This document shows, piece after piece, positions 10,029 to 20,260 of a stretch of 64,000 nucleotides of DNA. The translations under genes were made by a program, and so were the position numbers. Source of the DNA: Ignavibacteriota bacterium (GTDB lineage: Bacteria > Bacteroidota > Ignavibacteria > UBA10030 > UBA6906). The notes under the pieces are model-generated. The model made no database searches. It saw only the letters and a list, made by a program, of their open reading frames with translations, and had not been told where the DNA came from. The stretch is from positions 9,844 to 73,843 of the forward strand of contig CAWEHG010000014.1 of the NCBI GenBank assembly GCA_963808715.1, given 5' to 3'. Each line of letters starts with the position of its first letter. Positions within the stretch are counted from its first letter, which is position 1.

Positions 10029-11281
10029 TCATCGCCCGTCTATGGTCCTCACGTGGGTGATCAGCGCCTTGATCTGTGCGTCATCGAGGGTCTTGTCGAA
10101 CCCGGGCATGTTGGTCCCTTCCATCCCCTGACGGATGAAGTTCTCCAGCTCCGTGTCACTGAGCGCTGGCAGCGACCTCGGCGAGGGCAAGATCCGCGGT
10201 AAGCCCATCCCTGCCCCGGGACGCCGTGGCATCCGGCGCAATAGGTCCCGTACATGGCCTTCCCCAGCGTTGCGGGGTCCTGCGATAGCCCGGCGCCCTG
10301 GAAAACCCGGGGGACCTCCGGGCGCTGGACCGGTCGGACGGTCCGCATATAGGCCCACAGAGCCTTCAGATCTTCATCCTGCCATCGGCTCGTCTCGGCG
10401 TATGGCATGTGCCCGTCGCGTACGACACCCTCGGGACCCATACCCGTGTGCATGAATTTCAGAAAAACCTCTTCGGTCCACACACCGATCCCCGTCGCCA
10501 TGTCCGGGGTGATGTTCGCCGCATGCACCGCCGTAGGATCACCCTCGGGACCACCGAAGGCGAACGAGCTTCCAGCAAAAAGGCTGTCCTTGTAGAATGA
10601 GCCGTCCGTGAGACTGCGTGGCGTGTGGCAATCCATGCAGAGCGCTGCGTGATTGGCGAGATATCGTCCGTAGAGAGCGGGGGGATCGCGCCTGGGCGTC
10701 GCGATCGGCTTTTCGATCTCGGCCATCGGACCTATGACTCCAAGGGTCATCAGGACCTTTGTGAAGAATGTCGGGACCCTGTCCGGGACGGGATTCCGGA
10801 CGGGGGGAAGTGTCCGCAGATACGCGACGAGGGCGAGGGCGTCCTCGTCGGAGAGACCGTGGAGCGACTCCATCGGCATGATGGGAAACAGGGTCGTCCC
10901 GTCTTTCCGGATTCCTTCGCGCAGCGCGCGGACGATCTCGCCGTCCGTCCAGGAGCCGATCCCGGTTTCGGTGTCCGGTGTGATGTTCCGCGAATAGAAC
11001 ATGCCGAGTTTCGGGTCGAAGGTATTAAGATCGAACGCCACCCCTCCTTTGGGTGCGCTGGACACGTCGTGGGTGCCGCCGTGGCATCCTCCGCACCCAT
11101 GCCCGTACGTATAGAGGAACTTCCCGCGCGCAAGCGTTACCGCGTCCGACGGAGCCTTCATCTCCTTCGCATTTCGCGACGTGGGGGCATTCCACCGCGC
11201 CATCGACCAGACCGCGACCAGGCAGATCACAAGGATGATCACCCCGATGCCGATCCCGGTGATCTTCAGCACCTTCATCAT
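10029..11281 (-). CDS. membrane-anchored tri-heme cytochrome c (dehydrogenase cytochrome-subunit type); one frame break
   Basis: GGAGG then ATG at 11281 and a TM anchor. Three CxxCH motifs (CGGCH, CMDCH, CAGCH). The last ~60 aa continue in track ORF 10029-10358 after the C-run 10209-10211. Confidence 0.75.
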
Positions 11282-11576
11282 GCCAGCCTCCTCACCTGTT
11301 GTTGATGGATATGGGTTATTGTGACTGCGACGATCGGGGCGTACGCGGGTGGCCGCCGGATGTTCACGCGGCGTGTACTGGTTCTTTGGAGTTCCGGAAA
11401 ACGGACACGATGGGGGCACGGGAAGTTCCTTTTTGCGCAAAGAGAGCGTCCAGCCAACGGGCAGAACACCCCCCGGGGAAATCTTCCCTGGTGGAGCTGC
11501 GGAAGGAGATGTTATGCAAGGAACGTGGCTCGCAGAATGTATGCTGTTCGGGGGAAACCCGCAAGCGCGGAGTGCC

Positions 11577-11607
11577 GTCCTCCGACCGGCATGTCCTCCG
11601 ACCGGCA
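11577..11607. repeat. tandem direct repeat, 2 x GTCCTCCGACCGGCA separated by 1 nt
   Basis: Read directly in the 240-bp intergenic region between the ICL-family gene and the cytochrome c gene. Confidence 0.6.
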
Positions 11608-11683
11608 GACCTCGTTGAGAGGCCCAGTCCAGGCTGCTCCATATGCGTTCAGCCCCACTGCCATTCTATAGGCCAATGCTGCG

Positions 11684-12472
11684 TCAGGAAGCGGTGTCAG
11701 AGCGTCTAGATAGGACGTTGTACGTTCCTTTCTCTGATAGTTCGTCAGCAACTTTCTTGATCAACGCCAACGTAGCTTTCATCAGACCTGAACCCAGGCT
11801 TAACCGGGCGACACCAAGATCCTGCAGTTCACGGACAGATGGAGGTACTCCTGCCCCGATCCCAGGATTTGAAAGAATATTGATCGGGGCATTGATCTCC
11901 TTCACCAGCGTTGAAATCGTTTCTCTTTCCCATACAGGCTGAACAAATATGCAGTCTGCACCTGCTTCCCGGTATTTATTGCCACGCTTTATTGATTCAG
12001 ACAATTTCTCTCGTGGCGAACCTGACGACGTATAGAACGAATCAGTCCTCGCATTAATGACCAAATGAAAGCCCAGTGAATCTGACAATGCACGAATAGC
12101 TGATATTCTTTCACAAAATTCCATCTCGTCAATCAACACCGGATTCAAATCAATACTGTCTTCAATGTTTATTCCGACAATTCCTGTGGCAATTATCTTC
12201 TTAACCGAATCAACTATTTCATCTACGTTATTTCCATAGCCGGCTTCTATATCCACGGTCACCGGCACGTGCACTCCATTGACGATCCCCGTTATGGCTT
12301 CGATCATTTCCGACAATTGTATCACCTGGCAGTCAGGGTACCCTAAAGAGGCAGCTATTCCCATACTTGTTGTCGCGATCGCTTTATAGCCACATGCTTC
12401 TATCAATTTGGAACTTCCGATGTCCCATGAGTTCAACAGAACCAGAATTTCTTTGTCTTGATGAAATTTCAA
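11684..12472 (-). CDS. isocitrate lyase / PEP mutase family protein (2-methylisocitrate-lyase-like)
   Basis: LLNSWDIGSSKLIEACGYKAIATTS, GINIED and VINARTD blocks. TTG start in the track; family-like residues (KKRKLNDFL) lie upstream in the open frame. GC is far below its surroundings. Confidence 0.7.
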   Translation of the reverse strand: MKFHQDKEILVLLNSWDIGSSKLIEACGYKAIATTSMGIAASLGYPDCQVIQLSEMIEAITGIVNGVHVPVTVDIEAGYGNNVDEIVDSVKKIIATGIVGINIEDSIDLNPVLIDEMEFCERISAIRALSDSLGFHLVINARTDSFYTSSGSPREKLSESIKRGNKYREAGADCIFVQPVWERETISTLVKEINAPINILSNPGIGAGVPPSVRELQDLGVARLSLGSGLMKATLALIKKVADELSEKGTYNVLSRRSDTAS

Positions 12473-12630
12473 GAAATCATTCAGCTTTCTCTTTTTGAAT
12501 ACTTGAGAACCATGATCTTGTTCTTTCTTATGTGTTGTCAGATCGACATATCCAACATCTCATGGAATTGTGAATAACGGTCAAGTGTATGCACCCGACT
12601 GTGGAATCAGCGGAGGGAAATTGCCGTTTG

Positions 12631-13542
12631 TCACTCACGTTCGCGGGCAGGCGGGACTCGACCCGCCTTCAGGGTTCCAGGTTTCAGTCTCTTTCGCCCC
12701 GCCACGGAAAGCCCCACGCCCCCTACGACCGCCACCGAGGCGACGACCAGGCGCGTGGTGACGGGCTCGGCCAACAACACGACCCCGCCGATCGCCGCGA
12801 GCACGGGAAGGGCCAGCTGGACCACCGCGGCGCGGGTCGCGGTCAGCCCGCGAAGGGCGGAATACCAGATCACGTAGCCGATGCCCGAAGTGAGCGAGCC
12901 CGAAATGAGGGCAAGAACGACTCCGTGTGTCGACCACTGCAGCTGTCTCAGCTGCAGCAGACCTATGCCCAGCGCGAACGGGACCGCCCTGATGAAATTG
13001 TCGGTTGTCGCGGTGATCGGGTCGGCACTTCGACGCCCACGCAGAGAGTAGATCCCCCACGCGATGCCGGCGGTCGCCATGAGGGCCGCCCCAAGAGGTG
13101 GAGGCCCCGTGACTCCCGGAGAAACCAGGTAGACCGTTCCACCGAACGCCATGAGCAACCCGATCCACTGGATGGGGACGAAGCGTTCGCCGGCGCGGAT
13201 GCCTGCGACGATCATCGTCGCCTGGACCGCACCCATCAGGATCAACGCGCCGGTCCCGATGCTCAGACTCACGTACGCATACGAAAAGGCGAATGCATAG
13301 AGGGCGAGCATGGAAGCGGAGACCCAGCTCCCGCTGGGACGGGATCTCCGGCGCAGGAGCGCCGACACCACCCAGAGCGTCGCGGCACCCGACAGGATCC
13401 GCAGGATCGTGAAGCCGGTCGCGTCGATGGCTCCGCCGGCCAGGGCCATCCTGCAGAGCAGGGAGTTGGAGGCGAACGCGACAAGGGCGATCGCCGAAAG
13501 GGCGATCGTTACGGAGGCGGCCTGTGCGGATCGCTCAGTCAG
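12631..13542 (-). CDS. EamA/DMT-family transporter
   Basis: About 10 TM helices in two EamA-like halves. The start is uncertain: there is no ATG/GTG/TTG before TM1 other than far-upstream ATGs, and CTG at 13542 overlaps the upstream stop. Confidence 0.75.
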   Translation of the reverse strand: MTERSAQAASVTIALSAIALVAFASNSLLCRMALAGGAIDATGFTILRILSGAATLWVVSALLRRRSRPSGSWVSASMLALYAFAFSYAYVSLSIGTGALILMGAVQATMIVAGIRAGERFVPIQWIGLLMAFGGTVYLVSPGVTGPPPLGAALMATAGIAWGIYSLRGRRSADPITATTDNFIRAVPFALGIGLLQLRQLQWSTHGVVLALISGSLTSGIGYVIWYSALRGLTATRAAVVQLALPVLAAIGGVVLLAEPVTTRLVVASVAVVGGVGLSVAGRKRLKPGTLKAGRVPPARERE

Positions 13543-15046
13543 GTTTGCCTCCTCGGATCGGCCGGCCGGGATCGGCACCGGGCGAGGCGGGCAGGAGGTC
13601 CTTGCCCAGCCGAACGACTTCCCGCACCAGGATGTCGAAATCCTCCCGTCTGCTCCGGTGATTGGTGATGCAGACGCGGAGCGCATACTTCCCATCGATC
13701 ACCGTGTACGAAGGCGCGGCGACACCGCCTTCGTGAAGTCGCAGGAGAAGCTCCTTGTTGAGTGTGTCGATGGCAGCGGGGTCGGTCAACGAGCCCCGGT
13801 ACCGGAAACAGACGATGTTCAGGGGAACGTCCGCGACAAGCTCCAGCTCGGGTGAGGCAAGGACCAGCCGCTGCAGGTAACGGGCCTGCTCCACGTTCTG
13901 GTGGATGAGACGGCCGAAGGTGTCGATCCCGTGTTCCTGGATGGACATCCACACTTTCAGCGCACGAAACCCGCGGCTCAGCTGGACCCCGTAGTCGCTG
14001 AACCACATGTCGCCCCCCCCGATCCCGCGCGTGGTGTGTTCCAGGTAGTGCGGTGTCAGCGCGAATGCCTCGCGGTGGGCTTGGGGGTCGCGGACGAGCG
14101 TGCAGCCCACCTCGTACGGGAGATACATCCACTTGTGCATGTCGAACGCGAGCGAGTCGGCCCGATCCACGCCCTTGACGATATGCCGCAGTTCGGGAGA
14201 GAGGGCAACAAGCGCCCCGAACGCCCCGTCCACGTGAAACCATAGCCCTTCCTCCCCGCAGAGGTCCGCAAGCGCTTCGAGGGGATCCGTCGCGCCGGTG
14301 TTCACGGTCCCCGCACAGCCGACCACGCAGAATGGACGGTTTCCCTGCTCCCGGTCTTCACGTATCGCCCGCCTCATTTCGTCCACATCCACCGTAAAGT
14401 CCCGCTTGACCCTGATGAGGCGCAGCGCCTTGCGGCCCAGGCCGAGGAGCTCCACGGCCTTCTGGACGCAGCTGTGCACTTCGGCGGAGGCGTAGATCCG
14501 GAGAGGCGGTCCCCCGACCCCCTCTTCCCTGACGTCATACCCCGCGCGGGTGTTCCTCGCCACGGTCAAGCCCACGAGGTTGGCCATCGACCCCCCGCTC
14601 ACCAGCAGACCGCTGGCGACGGTGGGGAAACCGAACATCTGTTTGCACCAGGAGATCACCTGCGATTCCACCAGGTTTCCCGCCTGCGCCCCACCCCCCT
14701 GGTTCGGGTTGAAACCCGCCGCGAGCATCTCTGCGAGCATGCCGGTGACCGTGCCGTTGCCCATGACCCAACCCCAGAACCGCGGATGGATGTTCCCGGT
14801 CGGATATGGCAGGACCTGTTCCTTGAAGGAGTCGTACACCTCGCCCAGCGGGCGCGGCGACCGCGGAAGAGGTCTCTGGAAGGCTTCCGAGAGGTTCTGA
14901 GGGATGGGCTGCCAGACGGGGCGATCTCGGGCGGTCCGGAGGTACTCGATCATATCGTCCACCATCTGCTTCCCCAGGGCGCGTACCTCTTCCCAATCGC
15001 GGGGATCAAGCGTCTCTTCGGTCGTCGACGTCCGTCGTGTGGTCAT
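13535..15046 (-). CDS. PLP-dependent group II amino-acid decarboxylase
   Basis: GGAGGAG then ATG at 15046. SGGSMANL and DMHKW (PLP lysine) blocks. Intact about 503 aa. Confidence 0.85.
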   Translation of the reverse strand: MTTRRTSTTEETLDPRDWEEVRALGKQMVDDMIEYLRTARDRPVWQPIPQNLSEAFQRPLPRSPRPLGEVYDSFKEQVLPYPTGNIHPRFWGWVMGNGTVTGMLAEMLAAGFNPNQGGGAQAGNLVESQVISWCKQMFGFPTVASGLLVSGGSMANLVGLTVARNTRAGYDVREEGVGGPPLRIYASAEVHSCVQKAVELLGLGRKALRLIRVKRDFTVDVDEMRRAIREDREQGNRPFCVVGCAGTVNTGATDPLEALADLCGEEGLWFHVDGAFGALVALSPELRHIVKGVDRADSLAFDMHKWMYLPYEVGCTLVRDPQAHREAFALTPHYLEHTTRGIGGGDMWFSDYGVQLSRGFRALKVWMSIQEHGIDTFGRLIHQNVEQARYLQRLVLASPELELVADVPLNIVCFRYRGSLTDPAAIDTLNKELLLRLHEGGVAAPSYTVIDGKYALRVCITNHRSRREDFDILVREVVRLGKDLLPASPGADPGRPIRGGKPD

Positions 15047-15164
15047 GAGCACTCCTCCGGGATCGATACAGAGGCCGTACTGGTGGGTGGCCCCATGTTT
15101 CGACAACAATCGAAGGGCAGAATTCGTTCGGCCTGCGACGGCGGGCAGCGGCGACGTTCAGGAT

Positions 15165-16212
15165 CTATGCGACCTGGTAGTATTTTCGACCGATCCAGAG
15201 GGACACGTTCACCAGGCCGATCAGCACCGGGACCTCGATCAGGGGGCCGATCACGGTGGCGAACGCCTCCGCGGAATTGATGCCGAAGACGGCCACCGCC
15301 ACGGCGATCGCCAGCTCGAAGTTGTTGCTCGCCGCGGTGAACGAGAGGGTGGCGGATCTTCGGATAGTCGGCCCCGATCTTCTTGCTCATGGCGAACGAC
15401 ACGAAGAACATGATGACGAAGTAGAGCGCGAGAGGGATCGCGATCCGGACCACGTCCAGCGGGATCTTTACGATCACCTCCCCTTTGTACGAAAACATCA
15501 CGAAGATCGTGAAGAGCAGCGCGATCAGCGTGAGCGGGCTGATCCTCGGGATGAACGTCCTCTGGTACCACTCCTTCCCCTTCACGCGCAGCAGAACGAT
15601 CCGCGTCAGCACGCCCGCCAGGAACGGAATGCCGAGATAGATGAAGACGCTTTCGGCGATCTGGCCGATCGTCACGTTGACCGCGAACGTGGAGAGGCCG
15701 AGCCAGCCCGGAAGCACGGTGAGAAAGACGTAGGCGTAGACCGAGAAGAAGAGGACCTGGAAGATCGAGTTGAAGGCCACCAGCCCGGCGGCGTATTCCG
15801 CATCGCCCTTTGCCAGGTCGTTCCAGACGATGACCATCGCGATACACCGCGCGAGACCCATCATGATCAGCCCGGCCATGTAGTGCGGGTGGTCCGGCAG
15901 GAGCAGGATCGCCAGCACGAACATCAGGACCGGCCCGATCACCCAGTTCTGAACAAGCGAAAGCCCGAGGACCCTGGTGTTCCGGAAGACATCGCCCAGC
16001 TCTTCGTACTTCACCTTCGCCAGGGGCGGGTACATCATCAGGATCAGCCCGATCGCGATGGGCATGTTCGTCGTTCCGCTCTGGAATCTCCCCCAGAATC
16101 CTGCGATGCCGGGCCAGACGTATCCGGCAAGGACGCCCAGGCCCATGGCCAGGAAGATCCATCCGGTGAGATAGCGGTCGAGGAAGGATAGCCGTCCGGT
16201 CTTCGGGCTCAT
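15165..16212 (-). CDS. acr3: arsenite efflux transporter Acr3; one frame break
   Basis: [15 protein letters not shown] start. After a shift near 15350 the frame reads [28 protein letters not shown]...[10 protein letters not shown], then a stop at 15165. Confidence 0.9.
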
Positions 16213-16648
16213 GGCAGCCTCAAGGTAGTGCGGATCGTGGTGGTGTAGTATTCGTGGAATACATGTGCGGATCTCGTCCCTCACCCTACGGAAGACCGCC
16301 ATCACCTCCTCTTCGCTCCCGTTCGCCGAGGCGGGGTCATCAAATCCCAGGTGCACACGGGTCCGCACGGTCCCGGTGAAGACCGGGACATTGCTCCCGG
16401 GCGTTGTCGCAGACGGTGATGACGAAGTCGAATGGCTCTCCCAGGAACCGGTCCACCCGTTTCGGGAGTGCTCCGGTCATATCGACCCCGATCTCACGCA
16501 TCACCGCCACCGCGCGCGGATGCACGCGCGGGGCGGGATCGGTTCCCGCGGAATGGACCTCAAGTCGCGGGTCGATCTGCCGGAGGATGTATTCGGCCAT
16601 CTGGCTTCGGCAGGAATTGCCGGTGCAGAGGATCAACATGCGGTTCAC
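16213..16648 (-). CDS. arsC: arsenate reductase, LMW-PTP (thioredoxin-coupled) type; one frame break, no stop before acr3 in the restored frame
   Basis: CX5R loop [11 protein letters not shown]. After a shift near 16372 the frame reads [18 protein letters not shown]...[10 protein letters not shown] and runs in frame into the acr3 ATG. Confidence 0.85.
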
Positions 16649-16687
16649 GTCTTCACCCCCGCCATGCTATGAAAGGCATGAACACCT

Positions 16688-17386
16688 TCACGAGGAATAG
16701 ATGATGTACGCGCCCCCAAGTACCACAAGAAAACCCGCCACGCGCTTGATCCAGAGGATGGCGTGAGAGCGATTCGTCCAGTCGAGATAGACCTGCACTC
16801 GTGTCGTGACCCCTCCCGCGGCGGCGATGATCCCTGCATATCCCATGCTGTACGAGAGGAGCAGCGCACCGGCCGCCGTCGGGTCCGTGGCCGACACGTT
16901 GAAGACCACCCCCAGGATCGGGGCCAAAAAGGCGAACGTACACGGTCCAAGGGCGATGCCGAAGATCAGACCCAGCGCCAGAGCCGAGAGAAGCGGGGAA
17001 CGTATGTGCAGCGGACGCAGCACAACGCCCGTGTCGGGCAGGCGGATGAGATCCATAAGGTAGAGTCCCACGACAAAGAGGACCCCGGCCACGGCATAGG
17101 TGCCGTATGGACCGACGTCCCCCATGATCCGGCCGGCCGCGGCGGTGATCGCCCCGATGACCGCGATCGTGACCAGTGTGCCGACGGCGAACAGGAACGA
17201 GAGGAGAAGCCCCCGTGAGCCCTTCTTCTCGCCCCGTGCGGTCAGGAACCCGACCACGAGCGGGATACTGGAGAGATGACAGGGGCTCAGAAGGATGCTC
17301 AACACTCCCCAGGCGAAGGACGCAACAAGCGCCCAGACCAGGCTACCGGTCATCGCGTCCGTCAGCACCGTGAACAGCGTGTCCAT
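16688..17386 (-). CDS. CcdA/DsbD-type transmembrane thiol:disulfide electron transporter
   Basis: Intact 232 aa with about 6 TM helices. Conserved Cys residues in LSPCHL and LGPCTF. Confidence 0.8.
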   Translation of the reverse strand: MDTLFTVLTDAMTGSLVWALVASFAWGVLSILLSPCHLSSIPLVVGFLTARGEKKGSRGLLLSFLFAVGTLVTIAVIGAITAAAGRIMGDVGPYGTYAVAGVLFVVGLYLMDLIRLPDTGVVLRPLHIRSPLLSALALGLIFGIALGPCTFAFLAPILGVVFNVSATDPTAAGALLLSYSMGYAGIIAAAGGVTTRVQVYLDWTNRSHAILWIKRVAGFLVVLGGAYIIYSS

Positions 17387-17388
17387 GC

Positions 17389-17787
17389 TCAGTCTTTCGC
17401 CACCGGCATCGGCTTCAGCCCCCTGGATCGAAGGAACTCATCGATGTCCTCCTCCGGAAAGAATCCTTCGTGGCGCATCAGTTCCTTTCCGTTATCGTCA
17501 AGAAACACCTGCGTGGGGATGAGCCGGATCTTGTACTTCGACGCGTATTCCTTCTGGTCGTCCTTCCAGACATCGTAGAAAACGACCTTGATCTGGTCCC
17601 CGTATTTGTCCTCGATCGCCTTCATTACCGGCTGCATCCGGCGGCAGGGGACGCACTTGACCGAACCGAGTTCCACAAAGGTGACCATCGGCTTCCGCGG
17701 AGAAGCCGCAGGCTCCTTGGTCTGACTCTGGAGAGGCGTTACGAGAAACCCGAACAGCGCCAGGGGGAGAACGATCGAGAGGCTCAT
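17389..17787 (-). CDS. exported thioredoxin-family protein (CVPC)
   Basis: ATG at 17787 overlaps the upstream stop (ATGA). Signal-like MSLSIVLPLALFGFLVTPLQSQ, then a thioredoxin fold with CVPC. Confidence 0.75.
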   Translation of the reverse strand: MSLSIVLPLALFGFLVTPLQSQTKEPAASPRKPMVTFVELGSVKCVPCRRMQPVMKAIEDKYGDQIKVVFYDVWKDDQKEYASKYKIRLIPTQVFLDDNGKELMRHEGFFPEEDIDEFLRSRGLKPMPVAKD

Positions 17788-18041
17788 GAAGACGCGCCTT
17801 TCAACCATCCGAGAAGGTGCTCATCCGTTGGGATGGTGCCGACGCTTTTGACCTCTCCGCCGATGATCAACCCCGGGGTCATCAGCACCCCGTAGTTCAT
17901 GATCTCCTGCAGATCCGTGACTTTGGCGACCTCGACCGGCAGCCGGTGCGCGGCTGCCACGGCACGGACACGTTCTTCCAGGGTTCTGCATTTCGTGCAG
18001 CCCCCGCCGAGAATGAGGACCTTGATGTCCGGCATAAACAC
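17784..18041 (-). CDS. small thioredoxin-fold protein (redox-active disulfide protein 2 type)
   Basis: 85 aa, KVLILGGGCTKCRTLE ... MTPGLIIGGE. This small family is typically adjacent to DUF318-type permeases. Confidence 0.7.
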   Translation of the reverse strand: MFMPDIKVLILGGGCTKCRTLEERVRAVAAAHRLPVEVAKVTDLQEIMNYGVLMTPGLIIGGEVKSVGTIPTDEHLLGWLKGASS

Positions 18042-18083
18042 CTCCTGACGTGTAAGGCCGCCCGGCAGAACGGGCTGGCGGGT

Positions 18084-19386
18084 TCAGAAGAAGAATCCGA
18101 AGATCATGCCGCTGATGGTCGCCATGATCACGACCAGGGAGACATACACGATGGTCTTCTGCGTCCCGATGACGCTTCGGATGACGATCATGCTCGGAAG
18201 TGACAGTGCGGGTCCGGCCAGAAGCAATGCGAGCGCCGGCCCCTTCCCCATCCCGCTGCTGATCAGCCCCTGGACGATGGGGATCTCGGTCAGGGTGGCG
18301 AAGTACATGAACGCGCCGACGATCGACGCGAAGAGATTCGCCCATAGACCGTTCCCGCCGACCAGCGTCGTGATCCAGCCGGAGGGGATGATCCCCTGAT
18401 TCGTCCCTGGACCGCCGAGGAAGAACCCTGCCAGGAGCACGCCTCCGGCCAGGAGCGGGAGGATCTGCCTGGCGAAGGACCAACTCTCCCGCATCCACTC
18501 TCCTCCTTCGCCGGCAGCGAACGAGAGGATCAGGACCGTAACCCCGACGGCGACGGTGAACGGGACCAACGGGTTCTCCCCCCAGAGTACGGAGGCGATG
18601 ATCACTACCACGGATCCCGCAGCCACATGGATCTTGTTGATCTTCAGAAGGAAGGCCAGGGAGAATGCAAGGCCGAGGCCGAAGAGGCCGGTGACGTACC
18701 ATTTCGCCGCATGAACGGAATACCAGAAGCCCTCTGTCGTATCAGGTTTGCCCCAGTTGGCGAACACCAGGATGGCGACCAGGACGAAGAAATGGGCCGC
18801 GGTCTGCCACAGTGGACGGTGTTCCGCCACCTCGGGAAGGGCAAGCTGGGCTTGCTCCTTTGCGCTCTCTTCCTTGCGATAGATCGAACGCCATGAGGAG
18901 TCCGATGATCACGCTGAACGACACGGCGCCGATCACCCGCGCCACACCCAGTTCGAGTCCGAGTACCCTTGCCGTCAGGATGATCGCGAGGATGTTGATG
19001 GCGGGCCCCGAATACAGGAACGCGATGGCCGGGCCGAGGCCCGCGCCCCGCCTGTGGATACCGGAGAACATGGGGAGGACGGTGCACGAGCAGACCGCGA
19101 GGATCGTCCCCGACAAGGATGCGACCAGATAGGCCAGCCACTTCTTCGAGCGGGCGCCGAAGTACTTGATGATGGCAGCCTGGCTGACGAAGACGGAGAT
19201 GACGCCCGCGATGAAGAACGCCGGCACGAGGCAGAGCAGGACATGCTCCCGAGCATACCACCGGAGGAGGGTCAGGGATTCGTAGACGGCGTTCTTGAAG
19301 AGATCACTCCCCACCGGGAGGAAGAAGGCCACAAAGAATCCCCCCACGATCCAGAAGAGGGACCTGTATTCTTGTCTCCAGTTCAT
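18084..19386 (-). CDS. DUF318/ArsP-like permease; one frame break
   Basis: Track ORFs 18742-19386 and 18084-18830 join near 18873 (LLMAF|IYRKEESAKEQ). Vicinal cysteine motif AVCSCTVLP as in methylarsenite efflux permeases. The ATG overlaps the arsM stop. Confidence 0.7.
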
Positions 19387-20199
19387 GCGGCGGGTTTTTC
19401 TGCGTACACCGTGACGCTGAAGATCCCGACGCGGTTCCGCTTGAACTCCCGCAACTGCTCCAGCGTCATGTGGCGCAGGAGGATCTCGTTCGGGACGTCG
19501 ATCACCCGGTCCTTCTGGACCTCAACGTTGACGAATCCGGCCTCGGCGATGATCCGGAGGTATTCCTGTTTCTGGACCGCTCCGGAGATGCACCCCGCGT
19601 ACAGCGCCGCATCGCGGCGGAGCTGCGTCGGAGAGCTCGCCCACGAGCACGATGTCGGAGATGCTGAAATGCCCCCCCGGCCGGATGATCCGGTAGGTCT
19701 CGGCGAAGGCCTTCCGCTTGTCGGGGACCAGGTTCATCACGCAGTTGCTCACCACCACGTCCACCGTGTTGTCCTCCACCGGGAGCGACTCGATGTCTCC
19801 CAGGCGGAACTCCACGTTCGTGAACCCCAGCTTCGCGGCGTTGCCGCGGGCTTTGGCGATCATCTCCTCGGTCATGTCGATGCCGATCACCCGGCCCTTT
19901 TCGCCGGCGAGCGATCGGGCCACGAAGCAGTCGTTCCCCGCTCCCGACCCCAGATCGACCACCGTGTCCCCCGCGGAGATCTTCGCGAACTCCGTCGGGA
20001 GGCCGCACCCGAGCGCGAGGTCGGCGTCGGCCACGTAGCCCGGAAGCTTCGAGTAGTCCTCGGCCATGACCGTGAACTCCACGTCAGAGCAGCCGCAGGT
20101 GCTGCCGCAGCAGGTCGACTGGTTCTGCTGCTTCGTGCTGGCGGCGATGGCTCCGTATTTCTCCTTCACCATCTCTTTGATGTCGCGGTTGTTGTCCAT
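19383..20199 (-). CDS. arsM: arsenite S-adenosylmethionine methyltransferase; one frame break
   Basis: GGGAGGG then ATG at 20199. N-terminal Cys cluster CCGSTCGC and SAM motif VVDLGSGAGND. After a shift near 19645 the frame reads LRRDAALYAGCISGAVQKQEYL...VTVYAEKPAA, then a stop. Confidence 0.85.
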
Positions 20200-20260
20200 G
20201 ATTCCCTCCCGTTCGGTGTCGCATCGCAATATTGCGATAGGTATGGTCAAAAAAAGGGGC

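Noticed and set aside
11684-15046. Phosphonate biosynthesis cluster (PEP-mutase-family gene near a decarboxylase).
   Set aside because: The ICL/PEPM-family protein has the INIED-type motif of the lyase/decarboxylase branch rather than the PepM EDK...NS signature. The decarboxylase is PLP-dependent group II, not ThDP phosphonopyruvate decarboxylase. The genes are also separated by a transporter and differ in GC.
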